Numbered from the stretch's first letter, positions 37,627-47,991 are shown. The stretch is 64,000 bases of DNA from Candidatus Woesebacteria bacterium RIFCSPHIGHO2_01_FULL_39_32 (GCA_001792345.1 MGGJ01000004.1:9697-73696); one strand, 5' to 3'. Numbers and translations are program-made. Notes: generated by a model not told the origin, from the sequence alone.

Positions 37627-39911
37627 TAGCGCTCAGCTGCTACCTCAACCTCGATGTTTTTGGCCACATGGGGAAGTGTTTTTAACTTTGTAGGTAACTC
37701 CGGGCGTAATTTAATCTCTGCTCTAACAAATCCGGGTACCTCCCTATTTAAGTATTCTTCTGCAACATCAGGGTTTCTTCCTCTAATTCTTGTTTCAATC
37801 ACTTCTGTATTCACTTCGGGGAGTAAATTGGCAGAAATGCGAACTTCAAATTCATAAACCTTACTATCCGAATCTTCAAGATTAAATCCAAAGTCTATCT
37901 GATCTCCCCGCAAGACAAATCCCCCGGGCACCTTATCCTTCAATACCTCGCTGGCTAACTTTACAATTTCTTCTTTTTGGATAGATACTGCACTAGCTTC
38001 CACTCCTAAGGAAAGCTTCAAAGTTTCTGCTTCGTCACCTTCCTTATTACTAAATGTTCGTGAAGAAGTAGTTGCCGCAAGAGATTCTTCGATAAGAATG
38101 TGTCCCTCGGATACCTTCCCCAAAAGTTCTTTTTTTGCATTTCCTTTTAGCTCAATGCTCAAATCTTCCTCCAGAACTTTTTGATCCTCGGAAGATACCG
38201 CTGTTATTTCTCGGCTACTTCCTCCAGAGAAACTAGCCTCATTTTTTGCCTCCAAGTCGAAAGAGGTGTAATTTCCGACACGAAATGTTGTACCGGAAGC
38301 TAAATTATACTGTGCCCCAATATCTTCGGCTACAACCAGCGCCTTTATGGTTCCAGCAGATCCGGCACTTCCACTTGCGACAGTAACCTCGCTATCAAGT
38401 GCAAATTGTAAATCCTCAGGTCCATGTAATACTGTCCCTCCCGGAATAGTTATTTGCGAGCCGACTCGATAGAGGGTTACTTCCCCTTTTGCCTTATCAC
38501 CGACAGTCTTAGTCCCCGTCGCATCTTTTGTTTTATCACCAGAAACTTTTGTTTCGATAGTTTCTCCTGCGAGAATCTTTTGGGAAAAATCTGATGATCC
38601 TTTTGTGACGTCCACGGACATGTTGAATTCTTCCTCTAATCGTTTTGGTGAAACATAAACAGTTACTGTTGCGCGAGGTAGGCTCCACCAGGCAACTCCT
38701 CCAATAAGTAATAAAATTATGAAAAAGGCTAAACCCGAAACAAGAAGTCTATTGCCACCCACAGCAAACCTACCAGAGATACGAGATTTTGGCAAACGCA
38801 GTGCTGCAAACTTTTCTTTGATTTTTGTAAATGTTGAAGTAAGGACGTAAATATTTAATTTAAAAGCACGAGGACTTTTGGTAATTACATCCTTCGAGCT
38901 AACGGGTTCAACATTTCTGTGAATTTCATCAACCCTTTGTCGCAAAAAAGCTTGATCTGGCTCTTGTTGAGGACTATCTATACCTTGCGCAATATCCTTT
39001 TCTAGGCTAAAACCAAGGTCCTCTGGGGTTAAATTCTGATCTCCTTCAGCAAAATTTTCTTCTTGGCCGATCACGGTTTCTCTAGACAGCTCCTCTTTTT
39101 CTTCTTCCTCGGTTTTGACCGAGTCTGGCTCGGTTTTGAGCGATTCAACACTGGTTACACTTGCCATCTCAGATGCTCCTGCCAAGGAAACCGCAAAAAT
39201 CTTTTCTCTTGCCTCAATTATCTCAACTTTCGGGGTATGTAAAAATCGTAAGCGGGTATCGTCTTCCCAATTTACCTTGAGAAGTGATTGTCGAACCTCC
39301 TCGAGTTCTCCTTCGCGCCCGTTATAAAGTAAAATTCGAGATGGGATAGGGTCTTTTACACCAAAACGCACTAAACCCTCGGCGACGTCATCAACAACAG
39401 ATACACTCCGGGAAACTTCGGTAGTTCCGAGTAAACTACCGAGTTTAAAAAAGGTAATCTCCAAAATCTCTTTATACACTCCCAAAACCACGGCGTTTAA
39501 TGGACTTCCTTCTTGGGCCTTAATTAAATGGGCAATCGCTTCAGGTAAAACCACAAAGCCGATTGGGGTAAGGGAAAGTTCAGAACAGACTACCTTGATT
39601 TTCGACAAAAACTCCGGCTTTATCTGACCTTCGGAAACCCAGGAAGATGTTACCCCAAAAACTGTCTTTTGTGGTTCGGCTAGACTATCCGGAAATCCTT
39701 GAATTGCAGAGGATAAAGCATTATCTGCTGCGGTAACTAGATCTTCCTCAACTTCCCAGGAAAATGGAGGACTATATAAAACTATCTGGGCTTTTTCCTC
39801 TTCTATTCGCCAAATACCAGCTTGCACATAACCAGGTTCAATAATAATCGACCAAAAGTATTCTTTTTTGTCGGCATCCTCCTTCTTGGGCAGAAATTTT
39901 TTAAGATCCAT
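37626..39911 (-). CDS. Membrane protein: degenerate FtsA/PilM-like N-domain, acidic linker, TM, baseplate-J-like extracellular domain
   Basis: Actin-fold-like strand pattern; one TM (LLVSGLAFFIILLLIGGVAWW); GDKAKGEVTLY..IPGGT..GAQYNL..FSGG pattern. Confidence 0.6.
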   Translation of the reverse strand: MDLKKFLPKKEDADKKEYFWSIIIEPGYVQAGIWRIEEEKAQIVLYSPPFSWEVEEDLVTAADNALSSAIQGFPDSLAEPQKTVFGVTSSWVSEGQIKPEFLSKIKVVCSELSLTPIGFVVLPEAIAHLIKAQEGSPLNAVVLGVYKEILEITFFKLGSLLGTTEVSRSVSVVDDVAEGLVRFGVKDPIPSRILLYNGREGELEEVRQSLLKVNWEDDTRLRFLHTPKVEIIEAREKIFAVSLAGASEMASVTSVESLKTEPDSVKTEEEEKEELSRETVIGQEENFAEGDQNLTPEDLGFSLEKDIAQGIDSPQQEPDQAFLRQRVDEIHRNVEPVSSKDVITKSPRAFKLNIYVLTSTFTKIKEKFAALRLPKSRISGRFAVGGNRLLVSGLAFFIILLLIGGVAWWSLPRATVTVYVSPKRLEEEFNMSVDVTKGSSDFSQKILAGETIETKVSGDKTKDATGTKTVGDKAKGEVTLYRVGSQITIPGGTVLHGPEDLQFALDSEVTVASGSAGSAGTIKALVVAEDIGAQYNLASGTTFRVGNYTSFDLEAKNEASFSGGSSREITAVSSEDQKVLEEDLSIELKGNAKKELLGKVSEGHILIEESLAATTSSRTFSNKEGDEAETLKLSLGVEASAVSIQKEEIVKLASEVLKDKVPGGFVLRGDQIDFGFNLEDSDSKVYEFEVRISANLLPEVNTEVIETRIRGRNPDVAEEYLNREVPGFVRAEIKLRPELPTKLKTLPHVAKNIEVEVAAER

Positions 39912-39915
39912 TTCT

Positions 39916-41769
39916 CTAATCAACAAAAGCATAGATGCGAATAAGTCCCGCACCTATTTTTTCTTGCTTTCCTATTCTAACATGCCCAATCTCCCCCGTG
40001 TGAGTTACATGCGGCCCACCACAAAACTCACGACTTATGGCATCCTCCAGACTTTCCCCCACGTAATAGACTTTCACTGTGTCCCCATATTTTTCATTGA
40101 ACGCATGAACAGCGCCTGTATCCTCCGCCTCTTCTTTCGGCATAACCTTGAAATTGACCGGCAGGTCTTTATCAATCACATCGTTTATCGTGCCTTCCAC
40201 TTTTTTCAATTCTTCACCCGTTAGTTTTTCGAGATTGGAAAAATCAAATCTAGCCCGCTCTTTTGTAATATTCTGGCCCTTTTGTCCAATATGTTCACCC
40301 AAAACTTTTCTCAAAGAAGCTAATAGCAAATGCGTGGCTGTATGAAGCTTTATAACTTCAGGTGAATAATCGGCTAAACCCCCCTTAAAAACTCCTGCAG
40401 AAGTCGTTCTTGACAATTCTCGGTGTTTTTCAAACTCTTTTTTATATTCTTCTAAATCAATTGTCTGTCCTTTTTCAGCAAATATTTCTCTTGTTATTTC
40501 TAATGGAAATCCATAGCTCTGATATAAATCAAAAGCCTTTTGGGCATCAATTTTTTGAATCTTTTCAATTTCTTTTAACCCTCGCTCTATTGTGTTACCA
40601 AACTTTCCGATTTCTTCCGATATAACTCTATTAATTTCGCCAATTTTCTTTTTATCTAAGTAAAGCCCATCATAAGTTTCGAAAACTGCCTCGCTGACTT
40701 TTGCAAAGTCGTCTGCCCCAAAGTCCCCTTTTAACTTCCTCATCTTTATCGCACTTCTTCTCAAAAACTTTCTGAGGATATAACCCTTTTCCTTATTGGA
40801 GGGAACAACACCCGCATCTATTAAAAACGCCGCCGATTTTAAATGATCCGAGATAATCCTCATTAAAGGTTTATAGGCATCTTGATAACTCTCTCCGGAA
40901 ACCTTTTCGATTGCCTCAATTTCCTTAGCAAATAAATCAGTATTAAAGACGTCGGGATCACGCTTTGCTGCAGCAGTCAACCTCTCCAGCCCTCCGCCAA
41001 AATCCACATTTTTCTGCGGAAGCTCATCAAATTTACCGTCTCCCACCTTTTTATATTGAATAAAAACGGAGTTACCGATTTCCAAGAACCTTCCACACTC
41101 GCAATTGGGGTGACAAGGATCTTCCTTGTAAACAGAATTTTCATGGATCTTCAACTCTTCTCCAAAGTCATAAAAAACCTCGGAATCGGGTCCGCCAATA
41201 TCACCAACCCCCATTTGATCAGGTGTTCCAGTCATTGACCACCAATTTTTCTTTGCTGGATAAGCAAAAATTCTTTCATTTTCTTTTGCAACGACCCCCG
41301 CGCTTTCAAATACCTTTTTCCAAATTTCTACTGATTCATTATCCCTAGGAACAAATTCATTTCCTTCAAAAACAGATATATAAAGTTTTTCTGGTTCAAG
41401 ACCTAAGCCCTCCTTTTTATCGATCAAAAACTCAAAGAACCATGCTAGCTGCTCTTTTTTAAAATAATCTCCTAGACTCCAATTTCCTAACATTTCAAAA
41501 AAAGTAGTGTGCCTGTTATCTCCCACCTCCTCGGTGTCATCACTTGTCAGTCCATGAGCTCGAAGAGCTGGTTGCGAATTAACTAATCGCTTTCCCTCGG
41601 CGTGCGGTTCCCCCATTAAGTAAGGTACAAGAGGCTGCATTCCTGAAGACGTAAATAAAGTTGTAGGATCGTTTTCCAAGACGAGCGGGGCAGGAGAAAT
41701 TTCTTTGTGATTCCTAGGTGAACTGGTAAAAAACTTTATGTACTTTTCTCGAACTTCTCTTGATGTCAT
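39916..41769 (-). CDS. alaS: Alanine--tRNA ligase (short form, no C-Ala domain)
   Basis: DPTTLFTSSGMQ, TFFEMLGNWS, editing motifs HTATH and EFCGGPH. Confidence 0.97.
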   Translation of the reverse strand: MTSREVREKYIKFFTSSPRNHKEISPAPLVLENDPTTLFTSSGMQPLVPYLMGEPHAEGKRLVNSQPALRAHGLTSDDTEEVGDNRHTTFFEMLGNWSLGDYFKKEQLAWFFEFLIDKKEGLGLEPEKLYISVFEGNEFVPRDNESVEIWKKVFESAGVVAKENERIFAYPAKKNWWSMTGTPDQMGVGDIGGPDSEVFYDFGEELKIHENSVYKEDPCHPNCECGRFLEIGNSVFIQYKKVGDGKFDELPQKNVDFGGGLERLTAAAKRDPDVFNTDLFAKEIEAIEKVSGESYQDAYKPLMRIISDHLKSAAFLIDAGVVPSNKEKGYILRKFLRRSAIKMRKLKGDFGADDFAKVSEAVFETYDGLYLDKKKIGEINRVISEEIGKFGNTIERGLKEIEKIQKIDAQKAFDLYQSYGFPLEITREIFAEKGQTIDLEEYKKEFEKHRELSRTTSAGVFKGGLADYSPEVIKLHTATHLLLASLRKVLGEHIGQKGQNITKERARFDFSNLEKLTGEELKKVEGTINDVIDKDLPVNFKVMPKEEAEDTGAVHAFNEKYGDTVKVYYVGESLEDAISREFCGGPHVTHTGEIGHVRIGKQEKIGAGLIRIYAFVD

Positions 41770-41851
41770 GGTTTTAGATTATACAAACGAAGCTGAATAT
41801 TTTCCAATAACTTTCCTTCATTATGTCATAACTTCGTTGTACAATCACGGT

Positions 41852-42199
41852 ATGGGCTATGAATCAGAAGGAGGTAAAGAGACGCTGTCTCCCTCCAAAT
41901 CAGCTTCACCACCAACAATGACTCTCCAAAAGGCTGTGGATATGGGAGAATATGATCCCGAATATCTAGCAACTTTTCCCGAGTGGCATACACTTTCTCA
42001 ACACGTACAATTCCAGTTTGTAAAACAAGGTTTAGACAATAGAAATAATCAACTAGTAACTTCCTGGGCAGAAACAGTTAATATGTTGGATTTTAGTAAA
42101 AAACCGCATTTAGCAGAAGCTCTAAAGAATATTGAAAATCAAATGAAAAAGCTTGACCGAGATCGCGAAAGACTTTACCTAGAATTTTCTAAAGGTTAG
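41852..42199 (+). CDS. Hypothetical protein (115 aa)
   Basis: ATG 41852 preceded by TACAAT; helical protein-like composition. Confidence 0.7.
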   Translation: MGYESEGGKETLSPSKSASPPTMTLQKAVDMGEYDPEYLATFPEWHTLSQHVQFQFVKQGLDNRNNQLVTSWAETVNMLDFSKKPHLAEALKNIENQMKKLDRDRERLYLEFSKG

Positions 42200-42306
42200 A
42201 CTCAGATTCGTACGCCCCAATGACTTGAAATACACTTGTTATACTTCTAAGGTTCTAGCAAAATAAATGTTGTGTTTTAATTTTTCTAATTGTACTATTT
42301 TTATAA

Positions 42307-42973
42307 ATGGATGATATCAAAGAACTGCAAAGGTTAACTTATGAGGCAAGAAATAAATTCTGGGCGGCTGTTGGAAAAGTAGACTCCGATGTTTTTGCTC
42401 CCCTTATCAATCCCGCTTTTTCGGGTGGACCAAAATGGCCATCTCTCAGACAGGCTTACAGGAAGATCGTGACAAATGATGGGGTATTGATAATTGCCAG
42501 CGACGGTTTATCTGACCCCTTTGAAGATACACCGGACAAAAAAAGTAAACGGGTTTGAACTGGAATTTTACGTCGAAACAAACCGAATACCAGAAAACGT
42601 TCAAAATTCATGGCAATTTGATCTGGTATACCAGATGTCACAAAATGCAGCTAGCAGCGGTCAGGTTCGTGCCATGCTTGACAAATACCAATATATCACC
42701 ACCGAATTGTATGATATAAGAGTACCGCAAGAATTTTTAAATCAGGCCGGTAGAACTGGTGTAATTCTTGGTGTTCCTTCAAAGAAAGTCCCAGAGTACA
42801 TGGATCTACCCATTTCGAAAGCTAAGATCGTTAGTATTATTTTGCTAAATGTTCAAGAACTTAAATATGCTATTGAAAGGGGGGCTGAGGGGAGAAAAAT
42901 TCTGGCAGAAAAATTAACACAGGAGGGTGGTACTGTAAATTCACTAGACAGACCTTCGGTAGTACTATCTTAA
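42307..42973 (+). pseudogene. Suppressor-of-fused (SUFU)-like protein split by +1 frameshift in an A7 tract
   Basis: IIASDGLSDPF then GFELEFYVET in next frame; removing one A at 42538-42544 fuses them; C-terminal ELKYA..NSLDRPSV. Confidence 0.7.
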
Positions 42974-43081
42974 TCAAAAGTGACTTGTTCAAGAATTAAT
43001 TTATCCTATAAGGCTTCGGTCTACCCAGTTTTTGAGAATTCCCTATTTAGAGGTATTACCAATAATCATGATGTCAATGTT

Positions 43082-43390
43082 TTACCAAAAAAACAGTGTA
43101 TACTTTAACCCATTTGTTGTTTCTCCATGAATTGCAGTTCCCTCAACATACCCACCTACATTATTACTTTCTTCAACTTGAAATTGTATATCTTCTAAAA
43201 CTTTTTGTCCTAACAAGTCTTTTTCTGCCTCGATTTTAGCGGAGTCATTATTGCCAATTATTAATTCCAGCTCCCGCGGTTTTCCATTCATATCATATTC
43301 AAAGCCACATCGCCATTCTACTTTTTCTTGATTATATTCCCAATTCACTAATTCGACTTCTCCAACCTTAATACCCTGTGGTGCCTCCAT
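43082..43390 (-). CDS. Hypothetical acidic protein
   Basis: 102-aa ORF with TATAAT 6 nt upstream. Confidence 0.6.
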   Translation of the reverse strand: MEAPQGIKVGEVELVNWEYNQEKVEWRCGFEYDMNGKPRELELIIGNNDSAKIEAEKDLLGQKVLEDIQFQVEESNNVGGYVEGTAIHGETTNGLKYTLFFW

Positions 43391-43500
43391 AGAGACATTA
43401 TAGTTAACTGACCAGATCCAATCAAGTACAACCTTTCTTAAGAAATTATAATTTCTAATCAGGATTCCATTAAAAGCCTACTTAATTTAGAATTAAGGTT

Positions 43501-44442
43501 ATGATCAAGGCTTCGGCCCACCCAACGTTGGAGAATTTTACTTTCAAAGGTGCAACTGACAAACGTTTTCTTAACGGCTTCTACCGTTATATTAGATCAA
43601 AAGTAATAACGGATTTACATATCTTCATACCACCTCAACAATTTCAAAATACTGTTGAAGATATTAAAAAAGCGTTATACCTATTTGGGATAGACTTAGG
43701 CTATGATCTAACCCCAAGGATATTATTTCTAAACAGATTGGTATTTGCCAAAAAAGCAGATTTGTTAAAAAAAGATTCTACCTGGAAAGACGACTATCGA
43801 TCAGTATTCAGTCAGGATAACTTTAAAATCTACATTAGCGTTGATGCGACAGGCTCGTTCAGAACCAATGATTCCCTTGCTCATTCAATAAACCACGAAT
43901 TTATACACGGCATCTCTTATAAGGAAATATATATTTCACAAAACAATAAGGAGTGGATCGTTACAAAATTAGGAATAAGAAGAAAAAATAGATTCTTTAT
44001 ATTAAATGAGGCTGTCACGGAACTAACTAACATTTATGTGATAAATAAATTCTGGCCAAGATTTAAAAACACAAAATCACTTGTAAATTTTGCAAATCGA
44101 GAGATCTCGGCTCCAAATGCAGTCTTTTTGGTAAATGCCATGTTTGAAGAATTGGTAAAAAGATCTCATCTCAGCTATAAAGATATTCTAAGAAAAGCCC
44201 AGGTTGATCTTTTAACGGGCTCTCAAAATACACTAAGTTTGATAAGCCGATTTCTTGGTAAAGACTTTATTGAAGTCTTATCTTCTTCAGAGGAATCGAA
44301 AAAATACGATGTAATTTTCAATCTGAATTTTTTAGTCGAGAAGTCTAGAAGACTCAAGCTGGTATACTTCGAAAAACAGCTTAATAACTACAAACTTTCT
44401 TCGGATGTCAAAGATATACTAGATCCCACCCGATTGTTGTAA
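43501..44442 (+). CDS. Putative gluzincin-type metallopeptidase
   Basis: HEFIH followed about 35 aa later by LNEAVTE. Confidence 0.6.
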   Translation: MIKASAHPTLENFTFKGATDKRFLNGFYRYIRSKVITDLHIFIPPQQFQNTVEDIKKALYLFGIDLGYDLTPRILFLNRLVFAKKADLLKKDSTWKDDYRSVFSQDNFKIYISVDATGSFRTNDSLAHSINHEFIHGISYKEIYISQNNKEWIVTKLGIRRKNRFFILNEAVTELTNIYVINKFWPRFKNTKSLVNFANREISAPNAVFLVNAMFEELVKRSHLSYKDILRKAQVDLLTGSQNTLSLISRFLGKDFIEVLSSSEESKKYDVIFNLNFLVEKSRRLKLVYFEKQLNNYKLSSDVKDILDPTRLL

Positions 44443-44459
44443 TTTAAATAACCAAAATC

Positions 44460-44786
44460 TTAAGCGCTACCTTTTTTGTGCCAACCGACAAGCTTATCAG
44501 CCCCTCTATGTAAAGACTCTGTAGCTTTTTCGGGTTCCCTTATAAGCCAATCCATCGTCAAAAAAGCCGCAAGTTCATTCATACCATGTTCCTTAACAAG
44601 TTTGTCTATTGTATAACCGTTAATCTCTCTGGCAGGTATTTCTCCTGTTTCTAAAAATTTTTCAAGTTCTAATTTAAGTTGGGTATCAAATTGTTGAATT
44701 TTCTTAGCTACCAAATCTAACCCCTTATCAGGATAGAGGCCTGGAAATTTTTGTTGTATTCTTAGTTTTATTGCATCTTCGTCCAC
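44460..44786 (-). CDS. Hypothetical protein (GTG start)
   Basis: 108-aa ORF with upstream GGCGGTGA RBS-like motif. Confidence 0.65.
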   Translation of the reverse strand: MDEDAIKLRIQQKFPGLYPDKGLDLVAKKIQQFDTQLKLELEKFLETGEIPAREINGYTIDKLVKEHGMNELAAFLTMDWLIREPEKATESLHRGADKLVGWHKKGSA

Positions 44787-44867
44787 CTCTATATCACCGC
44801 CTTTGCTAAACCATCTCCCGACTTTCTATCTTCGCGCAATTAGCAATCTCTATATTTCCAAATGAAA

Positions 44868-45134
44868 TTATTCCAAAGGAATGCGGGGTCCTTGCATTTC
44901 TCCGCTACCATGCTTTTCAAGTTTTCTTTTTTTACCGAAAAATTCTAAAATTCCTGTTAATTTTTCGGGTCGAATAAGTCCTCCACCCAGTATCGAATCT
45001 TCAAGAATACTATTTAATCGCTTAATGGCGCGCCTCAGATCGACAATAACCATAACCACCTGAACTCCTACGATGATTAGAAGTACGGTCAAGGAAACTA
45101 TAACTACCGCCAATAATTTTTGAACACCATCCAT
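44868..45134 (-). CDS. Small single-TM membrane protein
   Basis: N-terminal hydrophobic helix; downstream of ftsK operon. Confidence 0.7.
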   Translation of the reverse strand: MDGVQKLLAVVIVSLTVLLIIVGVQVVMVIVDLRRAIKRLNSILEDSILGGGLIRPEKLTGILEFFGKKRKLEKHGSGEMQGPRIPLE

Positions 45135-45137
45135 AAA

Positions 45138-45224
45138 TTAGTTGTAAGTGGTTAGTTGTTAGCCGTTAGTAAATACAGAGAATTAAATTACTCAATTTCT
45201 TACTAACAACCAACTACCGACTAC
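45138..45224. repeat. Heptamer-repeat inverted element (TTAGTTG-type)
   Basis: ttagttg-taagtgg-ttagttg-ttagccg-ttagtaa ... ttactaa-caaccaa-ctaccga. Confidence 0.65.
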
Positions 45225-45853
45225 TCACTACTTAATTCCGGTTTTATTTTACGTCTTATAACCGTCTCTTTACCAGAGCGGGACCGGGAAATAATTGTAA
45301 TTTCTTCGGTTCCTTCAAAAATATCTATCTCTGCCATAAATGTACCATCCTCTTCAACCACCGTAGGTTGGTTATTAACCAAAACTATTGCGTCAGGATC
45401 GGTTTTTCCCACAACATTAAGGGCAACCGTATCTACTGCCTGTCCATCTTGTGGCTGAGAAACCAAAAGATTGGGTGGCCGAATAAAGTTAATATATTGA
45501 AAAATTAGATATCCGAGGATAAAAAGGGTGACAGAAAAAACACCAACTAGAAATGTTAAACGTGGACTCCAACTGAATTTTTCCACAACGTCTGGTTTGG
45601 GATTCACCGATAACGCTTTAGGAGGGTAGTCGCGGCGCAAAAGAGCAGTCATGCGTTTTTCACCAAGCGTTAATGCTGAGGATATATTTTTTACAAAACC
45701 TCTAACAACCGGGTATTCGGGTAAGCTTTCCCATCGTTCAGCTTCTAAATTCTCGATAAATTCTTTTTTTATTTTTGTCAGCTCTTCAAGTCTTTCTCTT
45801 GAAAGCTTTTTTTTTGTGCGAGTCTCCTGAATAACTTTTCCGATTGATTTCAT
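45221..45853 (-). CDS. RodZ-like protein (HTH, TM, Ig-like domain)
   Basis: HTH with LPEYPVVRGFVKN; TM; VVGKTDPDA beta domain; follows ftsK. Confidence 0.8.
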   Translation of the reverse strand: MKSIGKVIQETRTKKKLSRERLEELTKIKKEFIENLEAERWESLPEYPVVRGFVKNISSALTLGEKRMTALLRRDYPPKALSVNPKPDVVEKFSWSPRLTFLVGVFSVTLFILGYLIFQYINFIRPPNLLVSQPQDGQAVDTVALNVVGKTDPDAIVLVNNQPTVVEEDGTFMAEIDIFEGTEEITIISRSRSGKETVIRRKIKPELSSE

Positions 45854-45879
45854 ATGATAATTAAAACAAAACTCAGTTT

Positions 45880-47991
45880 TTAGACCACAGGAGTATCTTC
45901 ACTTGGAGCACCAAAAACCTCCTGAGGATTACGCACCAGGACTTCTCTAGGTTTTGAGCCTTCGGGAGGAGAAACTACCCCGGCGGACTGCAATTGATCT
46001 AAAATTCGAGCCGCACGTGCATAACCTACAGACAATCTTCTTTGCAGTAATGATGCACTTGCACGGTCGTACTGACAGACAACCTCAACCGCCTCCCGAA
46101 ACAACTGATCAACTTCCACATCGGATCCTGGCATTGTTGCCACACCCGGCCTTGGCATCGAGGTAACCTCTTCAGTGTACTGAGGTGTAACTCCTTGATT
46201 TTTGAGGAAAGTCACTAGAGAACTAATATCTTTATCATTTATGAACGCTCCCTGAATACGCATAGGTTTTGCAGATTCGGGTGGTAAGTATAACATGTCC
46301 CCTCGACCAAGAAGTTTTTCGGCTCCAGGCCCGTCAAGAATAACCCTTGAGTCAACTTGCGATGCAACTGCAAATGCGATTCGACAGGGAATATTTGCTT
46401 TAATAAGACCCGTTATAACATCTACTGATGGTCTTTGTGTGGCCAAAACCATATGTATTCCTGTTGCACGGCTCATTTGAGCAATACGGGTAATTGTGTC
46501 CTCAACCTCAACCGGAGAAAAAAGCATAATGTCCGCTAACTCGTCAACCATTAGCACTATAAAAGGAAGTGCTTGAAAACCTGACATTTCGTTGTAGCCA
46601 TCTATGTTTCTGACACCTGCTTGGGCAAACAGTTTGTATCGTCTATCCATCTCTTCCATTAGCCAGCGGAGTGCCGAAATTACTTTATCAGGCTCAACTA
46701 TAACAGGTGTCAGAAGATGGGGAATATTATTGTATCCCGTTAACTCGACACGCTTTGGATCGACTAGGATAAATTTGACTTCGGAAGGCGAGGAACGAAG
46801 AAGAATTGTGCAAAGAAATGAATTAATAGCAACAGATTTTCCTGAACCTGTTTGGCCTGCAATAAGAACGTGTGGCATTCGGGCAAGATCTGCGATAATA
46901 GGCTTACCGGAAACATCAAGTCCAAGAGCTACAGCAAGTTTACTCTGATGTTTTTTCATAATGTCCGACTCCATCATCTTCTTCATTGAAACAAACTCTG
47001 GCGCACGATTGGGAAGTTCTATTCCAAGAAGTGACCTGCCGGGAATTGGCGCCTCGATACGAATAGTTCCTGTTGGAGCGGCTAGGGCAAGAGCCATATC
47101 ACGCTCTAATGCTGTAATTTTGGAAAGCTTTGTTCCGAGGGCAACTTCCAATGCGTATTGAGTAACAGCAGGGCCCAAATTTACTTCAACAACTCGAGCA
47201 GTAATCCCAAATGATTCAAGCGTCTGCTCAATAACTGCGGCGTTACCCTTTATATCTCCTCTTTCGGCTTTCCCGGAAACAGCATCAATCAAAATATCTA
47301 AAGGGGGATATTTCCAAATTTTTTCTTCTCCCGGAACGTTACTTACCAATTTCTGTGTGAGGGCCATCTGTAATTCAGCGGGTTTTGGGGAAGCAACCCC
47401 AGGCCGCGGAGAGTTTCCAGAAGTTGCGGTGTCTCCGATAACTCGCAGGGGTTTTTTTCCTATCGATGCAAATTTTCCCTTCAATCCTGCACCGCCGCTT
47501 CTGACTCCATATTGTTTATAAGTTCCCAGAACAAAGTTAAGCACCTGATCAAGGGATGTATTAAAAAGAATGACAAGCCCTACAATGCTTGAGCCAAGAA
47601 GTACTATAAACGCTCCAATTCCTGTTATAAGAGCGGATATGCCAAGCCAAGCTTCCTGGCCAATCACGCCGGCTCGGGTTAAAGTCAATATAGAAACAAA
47701 AAATATTAAGGTTCCGATTATTACATTAGGGGAACCCAGTGGGGTTCTAAATTTGGAAACCGAAAATCCGAAAGTGAGAAAAATAAAAGATAAAAAAACT
47801 GCTGTCCAGGAAAAATAGGTCGTCAAAAGATCATTCAAACGAACCAAGATGAGTCCTTGTCTTAAAAAAGAAACGATAACTAACAAAGCCAAAGTAAAAA
47901 AGGTTATTTGAACAATCGAAAATACTGTCGCGGGTTTGAGCTTAACTTTATAAGCTTTCTTCGATTTCATCCGTTTTCTCTTTTTAGCCAT
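45880..47991 (-). CDS. ftsK: DNA translocase FtsK
   Basis: 4 TMs, PHVLIAGQTGSGKS, DELAD, ATQRPS, gamma domain SASLLQRRL. Confidence 0.98.
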   Translation of the reverse strand: MAKKRKRMKSKKAYKVKLKPATVFSIVQITFFTLALLVIVSFLRQGLILVRLNDLLTTYFSWTAVFLSFIFLTFGFSVSKFRTPLGSPNVIIGTLIFFVSILTLTRAGVIGQEAWLGISALITGIGAFIVLLGSSIVGLVILFNTSLDQVLNFVLGTYKQYGVRSGGAGLKGKFASIGKKPLRVIGDTATSGNSPRPGVASPKPAELQMALTQKLVSNVPGEEKIWKYPPLDILIDAVSGKAERGDIKGNAAVIEQTLESFGITARVVEVNLGPAVTQYALEVALGTKLSKITALERDMALALAAPTGTIRIEAPIPGRSLLGIELPNRAPEFVSMKKMMESDIMKKHQSKLAVALGLDVSGKPIIADLARMPHVLIAGQTGSGKSVAINSFLCTILLRSSPSEVKFILVDPKRVELTGYNNIPHLLTPVIVEPDKVISALRWLMEEMDRRYKLFAQAGVRNIDGYNEMSGFQALPFIVLMVDELADIMLFSPVEVEDTITRIAQMSRATGIHMVLATQRPSVDVITGLIKANIPCRIAFAVASQVDSRVILDGPGAEKLLGRGDMLYLPPESAKPMRIQGAFINDKDISSLVTFLKNQGVTPQYTEEVTSMPRPGVATMPGSDVEVDQLFREAVEVVCQYDRASASLLQRRLSVGYARAARILDQLQSAGVVSPPEGSKPREVLVRNPQEVFGAPSEDTPVV

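Noticed and set aside
37626..38700. Prophage suggested by the baseplate-J-like domain
   Set aside because: No other phage genes; the domain is fused to a TM protein in a housekeeping operon
41738..41851. Longer start for the hypothetical gene overlapping alaS
   Set aside because: Overlaps the alaS start and divergent promoters; ATG 41852 fits better
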